A stretch of 63,678 nt of DNA, filler included, from Pirum gemmata (GCA_002812295.1; 24 parts of 24 records of this genome joined end to end with filler, not necessarily neighbours in it); one strand, 5' to 3'. Positions 1 through 12,287 are shown, counted from the whole stretch's first letter. Notes: generated by a model not told the origin, from the letters alone. Translations and numbers: made by a program.

Positions 1-563
1 ACCCTAACCCTAACCCTAACCCTAACCCTACCCCGTTAACGTTAGCGTTAGCGTTAACACACTAACACTGACATAACAAAAAACTCTAAACGCCAACGCC
101 AACGCCAACGCCAACGCCAACGCCAACGCCAACGCCAACGCCAACCCTAAGACTAATCCAAAGACTAATCCAAAAGACTAATCCAAAGACTAACCCTAAT
201 ACTAGCCTTAAGAATAACGCTAAGGTTAACGTTAAGGCTAACACTAACACTTAACTTTAGCACTTAGCACTTCACACTTCACACTTCACACTTCACACTT
301 AACACTAAGACTAAGACTGAGACTAACACCAACACCAACACCAACACCAACACTTAACACTAATATTTACTAATATTAACATTAACACTTAACAAAAACT
401 TAACCCCACCACTTACATTAACACTTACATTAAATTTTACATTAACACTTACATTAACACCCACACCCACACCCACACCCACACCCACACCCACACCCAC
501 ACCCACACCAACCCTTGAACTCTTAAAGCCAATACTAACACCACCCCCTAACCCTGTTTCTAG

Positions 564-2242
564 GTTGTAAATACGATCAATTAATCGAAATCGATCTTTC
601 CACTTTGGAGCCTCACATTAATGGCCCTTTCACACCCGATTATGCACATCCGCTTTCAACTTTCGCTGATAAGGTTGCTGCAGAAGGTTGGCCTGAGGAG
701 TTAAAGGTTGGTTTGATTGGTTCTTGTACCAATTCTTCGTACGAAGATATGGGTCGCGCAACTTCTGTTGTAGAACAAGCTATGGCGAAGGGGGTCAAAT
801 TCAAATCTGGCTTTACTGTAACTCCGGGCTCGGAACAAATTCGAGCTACTATTGAAAGAGATGGCCAAGCTGGTATGTTTTGGTTTTAGGTTTTTGGGTT
901 TTTGGTTTTGGGTTAGGGTTAAAGTTAAGGTTAGTGGGGTTAGGGTTAGGTTTTAGTGTATTAGTGTATTAGTGTATTAGTGTATTGAGGTTTGGTGTTT
1001 TGGTGTTTTGGTGTTTTGGTGTTTTGGTGTTTTGGTGTTTTGGTGTTTTGGTGTTTTGGGTGGTTTTTGGTTTTTGATTTTTTCATTTTTTCATTTTTTC
1101 ATTTTTTCATTTTTGATTTTTGGTTTTATGTTTGACATTCTATATAAATTATTATTAACCAACACCGTTTGACTTTAACTAATCAGTCTATTTTAATTTT
1201 AATAAATGAGAAAAATAAAAATAAAAATACCCCCGTTTGACTTTAACTAACCAATCATATTTTAATTTTAATAAATAAAAAAATAAAAATAAAAATAGCC
1301 AAACTTAGAGATGCCGGTGCGGTGGTATTAGCTAATGCCTGTGGACCTTGTATTGGGCAGTGGGATCGAACTGATGTTCCTAAAGACTCGAAAAATTCTA
1401 TAATTACTTCTTATAATCGAAATTTTACAAAAAGAAATGACGGAAATCCAAATACACATGCCTTTGTGGCCTCGCCTGAAATTTGCGCAGCAATGGCTGT
1501 TGCTGGTAGTTTGGCTTTTAACCCAAATACTGATAAACTAAAGGCTGCAGATGGAACTGAATTTATGTTAGATCCTCCAACTGGAGATGAGTTGCCGAAA
1601 AATGGTATTTTGGCGCTGTTTTGGGTTTTGGGGGGTTTGAGATTTTGGGGGTTTTGAGGTTTTGGGGGTTTTGGGTTTTGGGTTAGGATCTAACCATATA
1701 ACACCAATACTAATACCAATACTAATTACTAATTACTAATTACGAATTACCAATACTAATTACTAATTACTAATTCTAGTACTAGTACTTAATATTTTAA
1801 TTAATTCAAAAATTCAAAAAGGTTTTGATGCTGATGTAGATACTTACCAATACTAATTACTAATTACTGATTACAAATACCAATGCTAATTACTAATTAC
1901 CAATACCAATACTTATTACTTATTACTTATTACTTATTACTTATTACTAATTACTAATTACAAATTACCAACACTATTTACTATTTACCAATACTAATTA
2001 CCAATGCTAATTTCTAATACTATATACTTATTCAAAAATTCAAAAAGGTTTTGATGCTGGGGTAGATACTTACCAACCACCACCAGCCGATGGCAGTGGC
2101 GTTAGCGTTATTGTTGACCCTGCGTCTGATAGATTACAACTGTTAACCCCTTTTAATGCTTGGGATGGAAAAGACTACGATGATTGCGCTATTCTTATTA
2201 AGGCAAAAGGAAAATGCACTACTGATCATATTTCTATGGCTG
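564..2242 (+). CDS. ACO2: Mitochondrial-type aconitate hydratase, three internal exons (564-872, 1299-1604, 2048-2242); partial gene
   Basis: Spliced product has [35 protein letters not shown] (Fe-S cysteines), [14 protein letters not shown] and [10 protein letters not shown]. All junctions are phase-1 AG|...G|GT and keep the frame. Confidence 0.96.
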
Positions 2243-2266
2243 GTATTTTGTTTGTTTGTTTGTTTG

Positions 2267-2313
<47 letters not shown>

Positions 2314-2324
2314 GTTGGTTGGTT

Positions 2325-2424
2325 NNNNNNNNNNNNNNNNNNNNNNNNNNNNNNNNNNNNNNNNNNNNTTAATTAATTAANNNNNNNNNNNNNNNNNNNN
2401 NNNNNNNNNNNNNNNNNNNNNNNN
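2325..2424. other. Artificial scaffold spacer N44-TTAATTAATTAA-N44 (first of 23)
   Basis: The same 12-mer (stops in all six frames) within Ns recurs at 2369, 4843, 7277, 9730, 12166, 14613, 17086, 20798, 23869, 26324, 29443, 31885, 36101, 38523, 40969, 44170, 46621, 49064, 51547, 53988, 56411, 58883 and 61286. Confidence 0.99.
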
Positions 2425-2988
2425 AAGGTATTGTTTTTCATCACTAAGAATAATAATGTTACTATTACTTCTATTGTTTTTATTAAATTCTTCAATGATT
2501 ATACTTTTAATTAACTATATTATACCAACTATATATTATAAATATTACTTATTATTTGTGGTCAATCTTATCCCTAAAAGCTCTTGGAGGCTTGATTGTT
2601 AATCATTAATCATTCAAACTTATGTTTGATATGCCCAATACTGTTATAAATAAACTATATTATTTACTTAACCTACCTAATGTTTTTCTATATTATTATT
2701 CCTATTGCAATACTATGAACAACATATATTAAAATTAAAGGTGTTTATTAAAATTGACAAAGAAAAAACTAAAATAATTATTTTCTTGTTGTAGAAATTT
2801 TATATGAATAAATTTTCACTTTCAAACAAGATATTTTTTCTCTTATAGACTACATTCCTCTGTCACTTACACAACTTATCAAGTTATCATACCCAATTGA
2901 CATTATGCTACATACTTGTTATTCGGAACCAAAATTTCAACCCAAATAAGGTAAGTAAAGGGCAAATTAAATTTGCATTAAATAGCTA

Positions 2989-4707
2989 TTAAAACTTAAT
3001 AGCTCTTGGTTTAATGCTGGGTTTAATAGCCTTTGGTTTAATGCTGGGTTTAATAGCCCTTGGTTTAATGCTGGGTTCAATAGCCCTTGGTTTAATGCTG
3101 GGTTCAATAGCCCTTGGTTTAATGCTGGGTTCAATAGCCATGGGCTTATTACGATCACGCTCAGACAAAATTTCAAGGCGAGATTGCCCGTTCGGTTTAT
3201 TAGGAGCCGGAAGGGCAGTTTTACGCCGTAATTTTTCCTTTTCAATTTTGTCTTGTAGCCTTAACCTATACATTTCCATTCCTACTTCTAACGCGGAGGA
3301 GCCAAAATCTAAATAATTCTTTAAGTTATTGTTTTGATATGCATTACCTAACGTTTGTATTTCGTTGTCTAGTTTTTCCTTCGCTTTTTGTTCAAATTTT
3401 ATTTTTGCATCTTCTACAATTCCTGCATATTTTTTCACTTCATTTTGTAAATCCTCCACTTGTTTTGCAGTAAAGTTTTTGGCGTCCTCTTTTGTCTTCT
3501 CTAATTGTTTTGAAAAATCTTGCAATTTCTTAGCCGAATTTTCTACTTTGGCCGCAGCGTCTAGAACCGTTGTAACCAATTTTCTTCTTGCATCACAAAT
3601 CTCTGTGAACTTTTTGGTTAACTTTTGTTTTGACAGATCGTATGCCATAGTAAATTCAGATTCTAAAAAGTCAAAAAAATCTTTTCCACAATCTTTTTTG
3701 AAATCTTCATATTCTGTTGTTTTTTCTAGAGCATCAATACACAAATGCACATTGCTTAATAAAGCCTCTCCCTTCTCAAATAGTATAGTTTCATGTATAC
3801 TTTTAATATGAAATTGCGATCTCCATTCTTTGCTATTGATTTGGGTTTTTAAGTGTTCTAAAAGTATTAGGTACTCTTTACCATTGAAAGTTTTAGAAGA
3901 ATCGTTTGTCAATTGAATTTTAATTTTCTCTTTCATAGAATTAACAATGCTACGATATTCTTCAGAGAATTGACTAGCGTCAGTGAAGATTTTATCTTTA
4001 AGATTTTCTAACTGCAACCTTTCATCCGGAATACACCAATACGTAACAGATTTAAACTTGGAACGAATACTGTCTGGCAACTTTTCATTAAGATGTTTAG
4101 TCAAATCCTTTAAGGAATCGGCCCCTGTATTTTGAAAAACTAGATGTAAATGTCCAAGTTTTTGCTGATTTTCGAAAACTATTTGAATCATTCTTTCGAC
4201 AATAAACTCCAGTTTTTTCTGTACATCGACAGCATTATATACACCAAAATTGTATATTAACACTTCAGATGTTACAAGACTTGGGAGAGAAAGTTTGGCA
4301 TCCCATATATCAGATATATCAATAGCTTCTTGAAAATCCTGTCCTTCGAAATCAAGAAACATGGCTTCTTTATTACCATATTCTACTAACTGGTCTAAGT
4401 AATGTACACCTTTAGTATGGCTTTCAGTTTCCGAACTAGAGGTTTCGAACGTACTTGGAGAACCGGTAGCAAGCATGCCTAATAAAGTGGATTTACCTTG
4501 TCGAGCAGTACCCAGTATTGCAACTTGGCTAAACGAATTAAATTGTAATAAATCAGTGACAGCTTCATCTGGAATTTGTAGATTAATCTCATATGTACTC
4601 TTGTTAAGATTAAGATCGTAAAGAACCTTGCTCTTCAAGCCCATGCATTGCTGGTAAGAATTTATGAAGGTAAGTGCAAATAGTAAGGGAGTAAAACAAT
4701 TCTTCAT
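2989..4707 (-). CDS. Guanylate-binding-protein/atlastin-like large GTPase; intronless, putative signal peptide, coiled-coil region, C-terminal 9-aa repeats
   Basis: First ATG at 4707 (MKNCFTPLLFALTF). G1 GTARQGKST, G2 HTKGV, G3 FLDFEG, then the GBP-like WDAKL...SEVLIYN and HLHLVFQ. Helical K/E-rich C-terminal half. Confidence 0.85.
   Translation of the reverse strand: MKNCFTPLLFALTFINSYQQCMGLKSKVLYDLNLNKSTYEINLQIPDEAVTDLLQFNSFSQVAILGTARQGKSTLLGMLATGSPSTFETSSSETESHTKGVHYLDQLVEYGNKEAMFLDFEGQDFQEAIDISDIWDAKLSLPSLVTSEVLIYNFGVYNAVDVQKKLEFIVERMIQIVFENQQKLGHLHLVFQNTGADSLKDLTKHLNEKLPDSIRSKFKSVTYWCIPDERLQLENLKDKIFTDASQFSEEYRSIVNSMKEKIKIQLTNDSSKTFNGKEYLILLEHLKTQINSKEWRSQFHIKSIHETILFEKGEALLSNVHLCIDALEKTTEYEDFKKDCGKDFFDFLESEFTMAYDLSKQKLTKKFTEICDARRKLVTTVLDAAAKVENSAKKLQDFSKQLEKTKEDAKNFTAKQVEDLQNEVKKYAGIVEDAKIKFEQKAKEKLDNEIQTLGNAYQNNNLKNYLDFGSSALEVGMEMYRLRLQDKIEKEKLRRKTALPAPNKPNGQSRLEILSERDRNKPMAIEPSIKPRAIEPSIKPRAIEPSIKPRAIKPSIKPKAIKPSIKPRAIKF
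2995..3140 (-). repeat. 27-bp coding tandem repeat, about 5.5 units, encoding AI(E/K)PSIKP(R/K)
   Basis: On the + strand the unit TTGGTTTAATGCTGGGTT(T/C)AATAGCCC repeats in tandem. Confidence 0.95.
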
Positions 4708-4997
4708 ATTTGTTTGCAATAAAGCTTAATAATAATAATATAATGTATTATTAATATAATTTATTTACTTTACTTTTTTTTTTTTTTTTTTTTTTTTTNN
4801 NNNNNNNNNNNNNNNNNNNNNNNNNNNNNNNNNNNNNNNNNNTTAATTAATTAANNNNNNNNNNNNNNNNNNNNNNNNNNNNNNNNNNNNNNNNNNNNAG
4901 TTCGCCGGTCCGAGCATCCAATTGGTAAGATGACGTCATCTCATCCCTCCTATTTCATTACTATTTCATTACTATTTTTATTTAAAAAATATTAAAA

Positions 4998-5160
4998 GGA
5001 GCTTTCAAATAATACGTCACGTCAAGGGGTAGGTAAGTAGGTAGTATTTGACCAGAAATTAACGTCGAGAGGTAGGTAGGTAGGGGTATTTGAAGCTGTA
5101 TTTGACGGGAAGTTGGCGTTATGTAGTACTTGAGCCTAAACTATTTCACTGCTATTTCTT

Positions 5161-5201
<41 letters not shown>

Positions 5202-5369
5202 GCGACCAATGAAATCAAAGGTTGAATCAGTTGGAATTTTGATTCTTTCCTTTTATGTAACGTCAAGGGGCAGGTAAGTAGGGGATATTTGACTGGAAAT
5301 TAACGTCAAGGGGTAGGTAGGTAAGGGTATTTGAAGCTGTATTTAACCAGAAATTGGCGTTACGCTCCC
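4998..5369. mobile_element. Two partial copies of Harbinger/Tourist-like MITE family A (4998-5121, 5257-5369)
   Basis: Near-identical to the reverse complement of the complete copy at 45980-46124 (GTCAAGGGGTAGGTAAGTAGG...TTTGAAGCTGTATTT...TTGGCGTTA). Confidence 0.8.
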
Positions 5370-5399
5370 TTTCTTCTTCTGAAAGAATCTGAATTAGAC

Positions 5400-6363
5400 T
5401 TCTCCCAATTCTGCTCTTTTTTAAAAATCGAGTTTTCAAGCCTATTTATTAATTAAATAAGTTCGAAATTTTCAGTTTAAAATTAAATATTCAAATATAT
5501 TTATTTATTTATAAATCCGAAAAAACATGGAAAAATAATTTTCGAACATTTCGGATTTTTTTTTTTCGACAGCAGCAATTCGAATTTTGATTCTGAATCC
5601 CTTCCGAATCACTTCAATTTTACTGTATTAGTTTATATTTTAAAATTTTTTTAGTTAAATTGTTAATAAGATTGTTTAGAATTTGTTTAGACTTTGTTTA
5701 GTTAGGGTTAGGGTTAGGGTTAGGGTTAGGGTTAGGGTTAGGGTTAGGGTTAGGAACTTAGAATTAATGTCTATGTTTAGTTAGTCTATCGATATCGATA
5801 TCATTATAAATTTTTGAAAATGCTTTGAACTTTTCTTTTGAGAATAATTTATTTATTATAAACAACTTGGGGTTCAATTAGGAAATATTCAATAATTTTA
5901 CTTCTACGAAAACAGAAACAAAATCTACCCTTTATATCACTAAACTTTATGGGTAAAATTATAAATATTTTTTTAAAGTTTAAAAATTTATTAAAACTTT
6001 TTGCCCATATTATTTAAAACTACTAGACTATGATAATATCGTGGTGCATTTCATTTATTTTGTCACTCCGAATATTTATTTGGTGAGTTATAATATTTAA
6101 AATGATATTTTTAAATCAATATATAGATAATAAAATATACCAAATTAAATTAAATGGATGTATATTGTATTTATTTGGTACTATTTATTGTTTATTTTAT
6201 AATGACAAAGTTCAAACTGTTCAAAGTTCAATTAGTAAGAAAAGTAGGCGGTTTTTTGATGCCTCTCCCAATTCCGCTCGAGCCCGAAAGCTTTTTCGAA
6301 CTTACTTAATTAAAAAATAGGTTCGAAAACTCGATTTTTTTGAACAAAGCAGAATTGGGAGAA
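5400..6363. mobile_element. Non-autonomous DNA element with about 70-bp imperfect terminal inverted repeats; contains a TTAGGG tract and a nested family-D MITE fragment
   Basis: TTCTCCCAATTCTGCT...AAAAATCGAGTTTTC...GTTCGAAA (5400-5468) is the reverse complement of 6295-6363. No clear target-site duplication (TSD). Confidence 0.65.
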
Positions 6364-6428
6364 ACTAAGAGGATGATGCCGAAACAACTGAGAAGCGCGA
6401 TAACTTATGATATTATTAATATACCCTT

Positions 6429-6581
6429 TTAGGGTTAGGGTTAGGGTTAGGGTTAGGGTTAGGGTTAGGGTTAACCCTACCCTAGCCCTAACCCTTAGCC
6501 CCTAACCCTAACCCTAACCCTAACCCTAACCCTAATTATAAACCCTAACCCTAACCCTAACTAACCTTAACCCTAACCCTA
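6429..6581. repeat. Inverted junction of telomere-type repeats: (TTAGGG)n directly followed by degenerate (CCCTAA)n
   Basis: ...GGGTTAGGG-TTAA-CCCTACCCTAGCCCTAACCC... read directly. Confidence 0.9.
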
Positions 6582-7372
6582 GCTAGCTAGAGTGGTGGTT
6601 AGCAGACCCAAACCCTCTCCCAAACCCTAACCTAGCTAGAGCTCTACTAGCTAGATAGCTAGTAGAGAATACCAGACCACCAGAGCTGTAGTAGGTTTAA
6701 CCCTACCTTTTAATTATTAAAATCTCCTTTTAGCAACCCTAACACCTACACCCTAACACCTAACCCTAACCCTAACCCTAACCCTAACAGGCTATCTGAT
6801 ATCGATAACACTTATGATAACTCTACTAGCTAGTAGCTTGCTAGTAACCGATAGCTAACACCTAACCCTTACCCTTACCCTTACCCTAACTCTAACACCT
6901 AACCCTAACCCTAACCCTAACCCTAACCCTAACAGGCTATCGATATCGAATCATCGATAACACTATGATAATACCATGTTAAACTCTACTAGCTAGCTAG
7001 GATAACTCTACTACTACTACTACTACTACTACTACTAGCTAGCTTAGCATAACTAGATATTTGATAATGTGATAGTTAGGTGATGCTATTGGCAGCCCGG
7101 GTGATGGGTGCCAGGATGGGTGCCATTGAATGGTTTTGAAGTTTCTGTTTTTGCGCACTCGCGCAATTCGCCAAATTCAAATGGTATACCGTATATATCA
7201 GAGAAGAGGCCCAATAAAAAAAGAAAAAAGAANNNNNNNNNNNNNNNNNNNNNNNNNNNNNNNNNNNNNNNNNNNNTTAATTAATTAANNNNNNNNNNNN
7301 NNNNNNNNNNNNNNNNNNNNNNNNNNNNNNNNTTATGTATAAACGATATATTAATAGCAAAGTAAGCTATCA

Positions 7373-7417
<45 letters not shown>

Positions 7418-7424
7418 GTCATGC

Positions 7425-7458
<34 letters not shown>

Positions 7459-7459
7459 T

Positions 7460-7491
<32 letters not shown>

Positions 7492-9021
7492 AATCATCAT
7501 CATCTTCTTCTTCTTCTTCTTCTTCTTCTTCTTCTTCTTCATCATCATCATCATCATCTTCTTCATCATCATCATCATCATCATCATCGTAATAATTATT
7601 ATTAATAATAATAATAATTAATCATGACAATGATAATGATAACAGATACAACGCACAGTTTAATACTTAACTCATTTATTATCTATAAATTGAAGAGATA
7701 GTGGTACTTAACTATTGAATAAAGTTCACCATGTATTNNNNNNNNNNNNNNNNNNNNNNNNNNNNNNNNNNNNNNNNNNNNNNNNNNNNNNNNNNNNNNN
7801 NNNNNNNNNNNNNNNNNNNNNNNNNNNNNNNNNNNNNNNNNNNNNCATCGAACAGCAAGAAAAAAAACATTATTTTCAGCACTTGTTCTAATTAAAACAT
7901 CATTTTCCCCTAAATTTTGCTGACTCGAAAAAAAAAAAAAAAAAAATTTATATGTGTTAATTAGTAAAAAAAATTTTTTTTAGAAAAAAAGGGAAAAAAT
8001 CCCCGGGCTCATATGAGCCTTTTTTTCTGACCGATAGAGACTAGCTAGCTAGTAGTGGTTGTCCCTTCATCATTATTGATAAAGATCTAGCTAGAGATAA
8101 AGAGAACAGTTATCATAATTAAAAAAAACTGTAGCCAGTTTATAGCTAGCTACAGCTATCGTTTCAGTATGATATAGTGTTGTTCAGTTCAAATTTCAAA
8201 ACCTGAAATATTATTAAAACGTACCAAAATTATTATGGTTTAATAATAATATCTATTATCAGATAGACATGTTTTTTTTAAAAAAACAAAATAATAAAGT
8301 TGGTCGACTGGAGTCGTATTTGATTTAGTAGTCTATCGATAGTCTATTGAAGCTTATTAGCTAAGGCTAATGGGGAGAATTCTATTATCATAAGTATGAT
8401 ATTAAAATTAAAATAATAGCTCTAGCTAGTATATCGAAAGTTTAGTTAGAGCTATTAAAGCGAGATATAATGAAATATGGAAGAAAGTTATTAAAGGCAA
8501 TGATGAAGCTACAAATAATAAAATAAATGAGTTGAAGATTACTCGTACAATAACGAAAAATAAAACGCGAGAGAAATCTGTGCTTTTTAGAATGTGTCAA
8601 AGAGCATCAGTTAACAAACCAACAACAACAACTACTACCACTACTACTACTACTACTACTACTTCAAGTACTACTACTACTACTACTGAAAGTACTTCTA
8701 CTACAACCACCACCACTACTACTACAGAAACAGTAACCCTAACTTCTGGACGTTGAATATGGACATGCCCCGGGACTATTGGAGACCTTGAGAATAACTT
8801 ATTGTTGTTCATTATTTATTGTAAAATATAAAGCAAATGATATTGTATATATAAAAGGTATTTTGATAACTAGATTTTGATAAAAGGATACGATTGTGGA
8901 TAACGTTTTTAATATGATATTGTTAAATGCTAAAAGAAATGGTACAATAAAGCTAAAATAAACTTACGTGTGAATTATTATGATTTTTATTAAAAAACTT
9001 CTTTTACTATTACTTAGTTTT

Positions 9022-9186
9022 TTTCGTTTTTTTTGAGCTTTTTTGAGTATTATTAATTTAGGGTACTATTTTTTCCAAATCGTTACGTCATAAGAAGGGT
9101 AGTCCTTCTCATATGTTAAGGGGGTGTTACTGTGGGTTTGGTAGGTTTTGGCTGGAAATTTGCGTTACGTAATTATTGAACTCCCC
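9022..9186 (-). mobile_element. Terminal fragment of a longer relative of MITE family A
   Basis: Reverse complement matches 48855-49019 (GTTCAATAATTACGTAACGC...TATGACGTAACGATTTGGAAAAAATAGTACCC). Confidence 0.7.
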
Positions 9187-9815
9187 AGCTAGCTAGTGGT
9201 AGGCATTGAAGCAGCTGTAGCTATAGCTATAGATTTCTAAATTCTATAGCTATAGATTTCCAAACTAGGATGGATCTCTCTAAAGTTGTAAACCAGTCTA
9301 CTTACTTTGGGCCAGTTTTGGGCCTGATTTTTTTTCAGAGATATTTACTTATGTAGTTTGGGCCAACCAAAGCTTAGTATTTGATTCGAAATAGTCTAGA
9401 AAAAAAATAATAATAATTTTACTATAGGTTTATAATATTATTATTATTATTTTTTTTTTTTAAATACTAGACTAGATCAATGTTATTTTATCATAATAAG
9501 AATTTTACTGTAAATTACTTGTAAATTCCCAGTAATATAATTTTTTTTATTTATTTCCCCCTAAACCTAATCAATTGGGAAATTCTTGAAAACCCGTTTC
9601 TCACGCAGTAGTGGGTCAATGGGTAAAATTTTGGTATCAAATTAAAGCTTATGGTATATAAATGAATTTCCACCAATAATATTAGNNNNNNNNNNNNNNN
9701 NNNNNNNNNNNNNNNNNNNNNNNNNNNNNTTAATTAATTAANNNNNNNNNNNNNNNNNNNNNNNNNNNNNNNNNNNNNNNNNNNNAATAATAGTAGTAGT
9801 AGTAGTAGTAGTAGC

Positions 9816-9888
<73 letters not shown>

Positions 9889-10401
9889 CATCGTACAATG
9901 GTAAAATTCAAGTGGTCAGGTTGGGCTTTTTGTTATAATATATGTAAATCCAGACCCGGAAATCCAGATCTGGAAATCCAGATCGGGAAATCCGGATTCG
10001 GATTTTGAGTCATGACGTTATCAGAATCCAATCAGAAGGGTCCTAACCCTAACCCTAATCCTCCATTTTTAGAATTGAGTTTTACCAAATCTGGTTCAGT
10101 CAATGGAAAATCTGGAAACCCACAATTTGATTTTTACCCAATATCCAACTATGACTTCATCATACATCCAATCAGAACGTAAAAAACCCATATGTAATAA
10201 CTTTCCATTTTTAGAATTGAGGTTTACCCAGACAATGGAAAATCTGGAAACACACAATTTGATTTTACCCTAAAAATCTGAATAGTCAAAACCCCAGACT
10301 TCGAGTAGAATACACATTTTTAAAACCCCAAATATAATATATATAGAATATACGATGTTATCAGTAAGATTATATTACAGCAAACTAAAAACATTATATA
10401 C

Positions 10402-10619
10402 CAGTCATTTGTAGCATTTCCTCAGCGATACTGTCTTGTTCTTTCCTTTCCTTTTCCAGCTAATTCAACAAAACGAACAAATTCAAATAAAATAATTAAT
10501 GTAAATGTAGTTTGTTGTTGCCATTGGCTGTTGGCAGTTGCTTTGTTGTTGTTGCTGTTGTTGTTGTAATAACCAAGGTAAATGTGCGTTGTTGTTGCCA
10601 TTGGCTGTTGGCTGTTGCT

Positions 10620-10659
<40 letters not shown>

Positions 10660-10896
10660 AATCATCAAGGTAAATGTATGTTGTTGTTACCATTAGCTGT
10701 TGGCTGTTGGTTCGTTGTTGTTGGTGTTGTTAATGTTGTTGTTTTTGTTGTTGTTGTTGTTGTCATTTGGGGTAAGAGTGTTGTCGGTATAGTTATAAAT
10801 GTCCTATAATTTAGTTACCAATTTTTCAGTGTCCTCATTCTTTAAGTTGTCAGAATCAACAGTGACAAAATTGCGATGTGTAATTCTTGATTTTCT
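10402..10896 (-). CDS. USE1: USE1-like ER SNARE, two internal exons (10896-10819, 10459-10402)
   Basis: Canonical AG/GT junctions join in frame to RKSRITHRNFVTVDSDNLKNEDTEKL|LEKERKEQDSIAEEMLQMT, which resembles the start of the Use1 SNARE helix (L..HR..QE.LAEEML). Short, and recognised from memory. Confidence 0.62.
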
Positions 10897-11029
10897 CTAC
10901 ATAATTTTAAAATATAAAATGTATTAGCCATAAGACTATATTTAAGAAGATGAGAAATGATAAATGTAATAATAATTATATAAGCTGCATAAAATCAAAC
11001 TAAAAAATAAAATAAACTAAAAAATAAAA

Positions 11030-12080
11030 TAAAATAAAAATAAAAACAAAAACATTACAATACAACAATACAGCCACAACGAATAAAAATCAAAATTTAG
11101 GAAAATAAAGTAATTTTTTTAAAATAAAATCATACTTCAAAAAAATAAAAAATAAATAAAAATATTACAATGCAACAACACAGCCACAACAAATAAAATA
11201 ATTTTTTAGGAAAAAAAATAAATATTTTGAAATAAAACCATACTTAAAAATAAAAATAAAAATAAAAACACTACAATACAACAGCACATCTACAACAAAT
11301 AAAAATCAGGAAAAAAAAACAACTGTACTTAAAAAATAAAAATAAAAACATCACAATGGAACAACACAACTCAAAATTTTAGGAAATAAAAATCTTCTGA
11401 AATAAAAGCACTTCAAAAATAAAAATAAAAATAACAACATTGAAATACAACAACACATTTACAATAAAAATCAAATTTCAGAAGAAGAAAAAAAAAAATT
11501 GTACCTAAAAAATTAAAATAAAAACATCCCAATACAAAAACAACACAACTCAAAATTTTAGGAAATAAAATAATTCTTCTGAAATAAAATCACTTAAAAA
11601 ATAAAAATAAAATAAAAATATTGAAATACAACAACAAATTCACAACAAATAAAAATCAAAATTTAAAAAAAGAAAAAAAAAATTGTACCTAACAAATAAA
11701 AATAAAAACATCACAATACAAAAACAGCACAACTCAAAAAATTTAGGAAATAAAATCACACTTTTAAAATAAAATAAAATAAAAATATTGAAATACAACA
11801 ACACATCTATAACAAATAAAAATAAAAAATATGAAAAAAAAAAAAAAAAAATTAAAAAAAAAAAAAAAATCTAAAACAAAAAAAAAAAAAAAATTTGAAA
11901 AAAAAAAACTTTTTTTTTTTACTTAAAAAATAATAAAAACATCGCAATACACCAACACTACTCAAAAAATTTAGGAAATAAAATAATTCTACTGCAATAA
12001 AATCATACTTAAAAAATAAATTAAAATTAAAACTTTGAAATACAACAACACATCTACAACAAATAAAAATCAAATTTTAG
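11030..12080. repeat. Degenerate A-rich tandem repeat (about 60-120-bp subunits), probably intronic to the USE1-like gene
   Basis: Recurring AATACAACAACACA...CAACAAATAAAAATCAAA and TTTAGGAAATAAAA...CTTAAAAAATAAAAT blocks. Confidence 0.8.
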
Positions 12081-12287
12081 AAAAAAAAAAAAAAAAACAA
12101 TTAAAAAAAAAAAAAAAAAAANNNNNNNNNNNNNNNNNNNNNNNNNNNNNNNNNNNNNNNNNNNNTTAATTAATTAANNNNNNNNNNNNNNNNNNNNNNN
12201 NNNNNNNNNNNNNNNNNNNNNAATAATAATAATAATAATAATAATAATTTACTATAGATACAATAACAATAATTATTATTATTAATA

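Noticed and set aside
1..35. (CCCTAA)n at the window start as a true chromosome end
   Set aside because: It lies about 530 bp upstream of an internal aconitase exon, so it is intronic; contigs here routinely break at simple repeats.
8532..8800. Thr-rich ORF with a higher-GC tail
   Set aside because: Mostly (ACT)n microsatellite; no convincing splice sites or domain.
11030..12080. Repeat-spacer-like array (CRISPR-like)
   Set aside because: Units are degenerate along their whole length with no unique spacers, no cas genes are present, and the context is eukaryotic.
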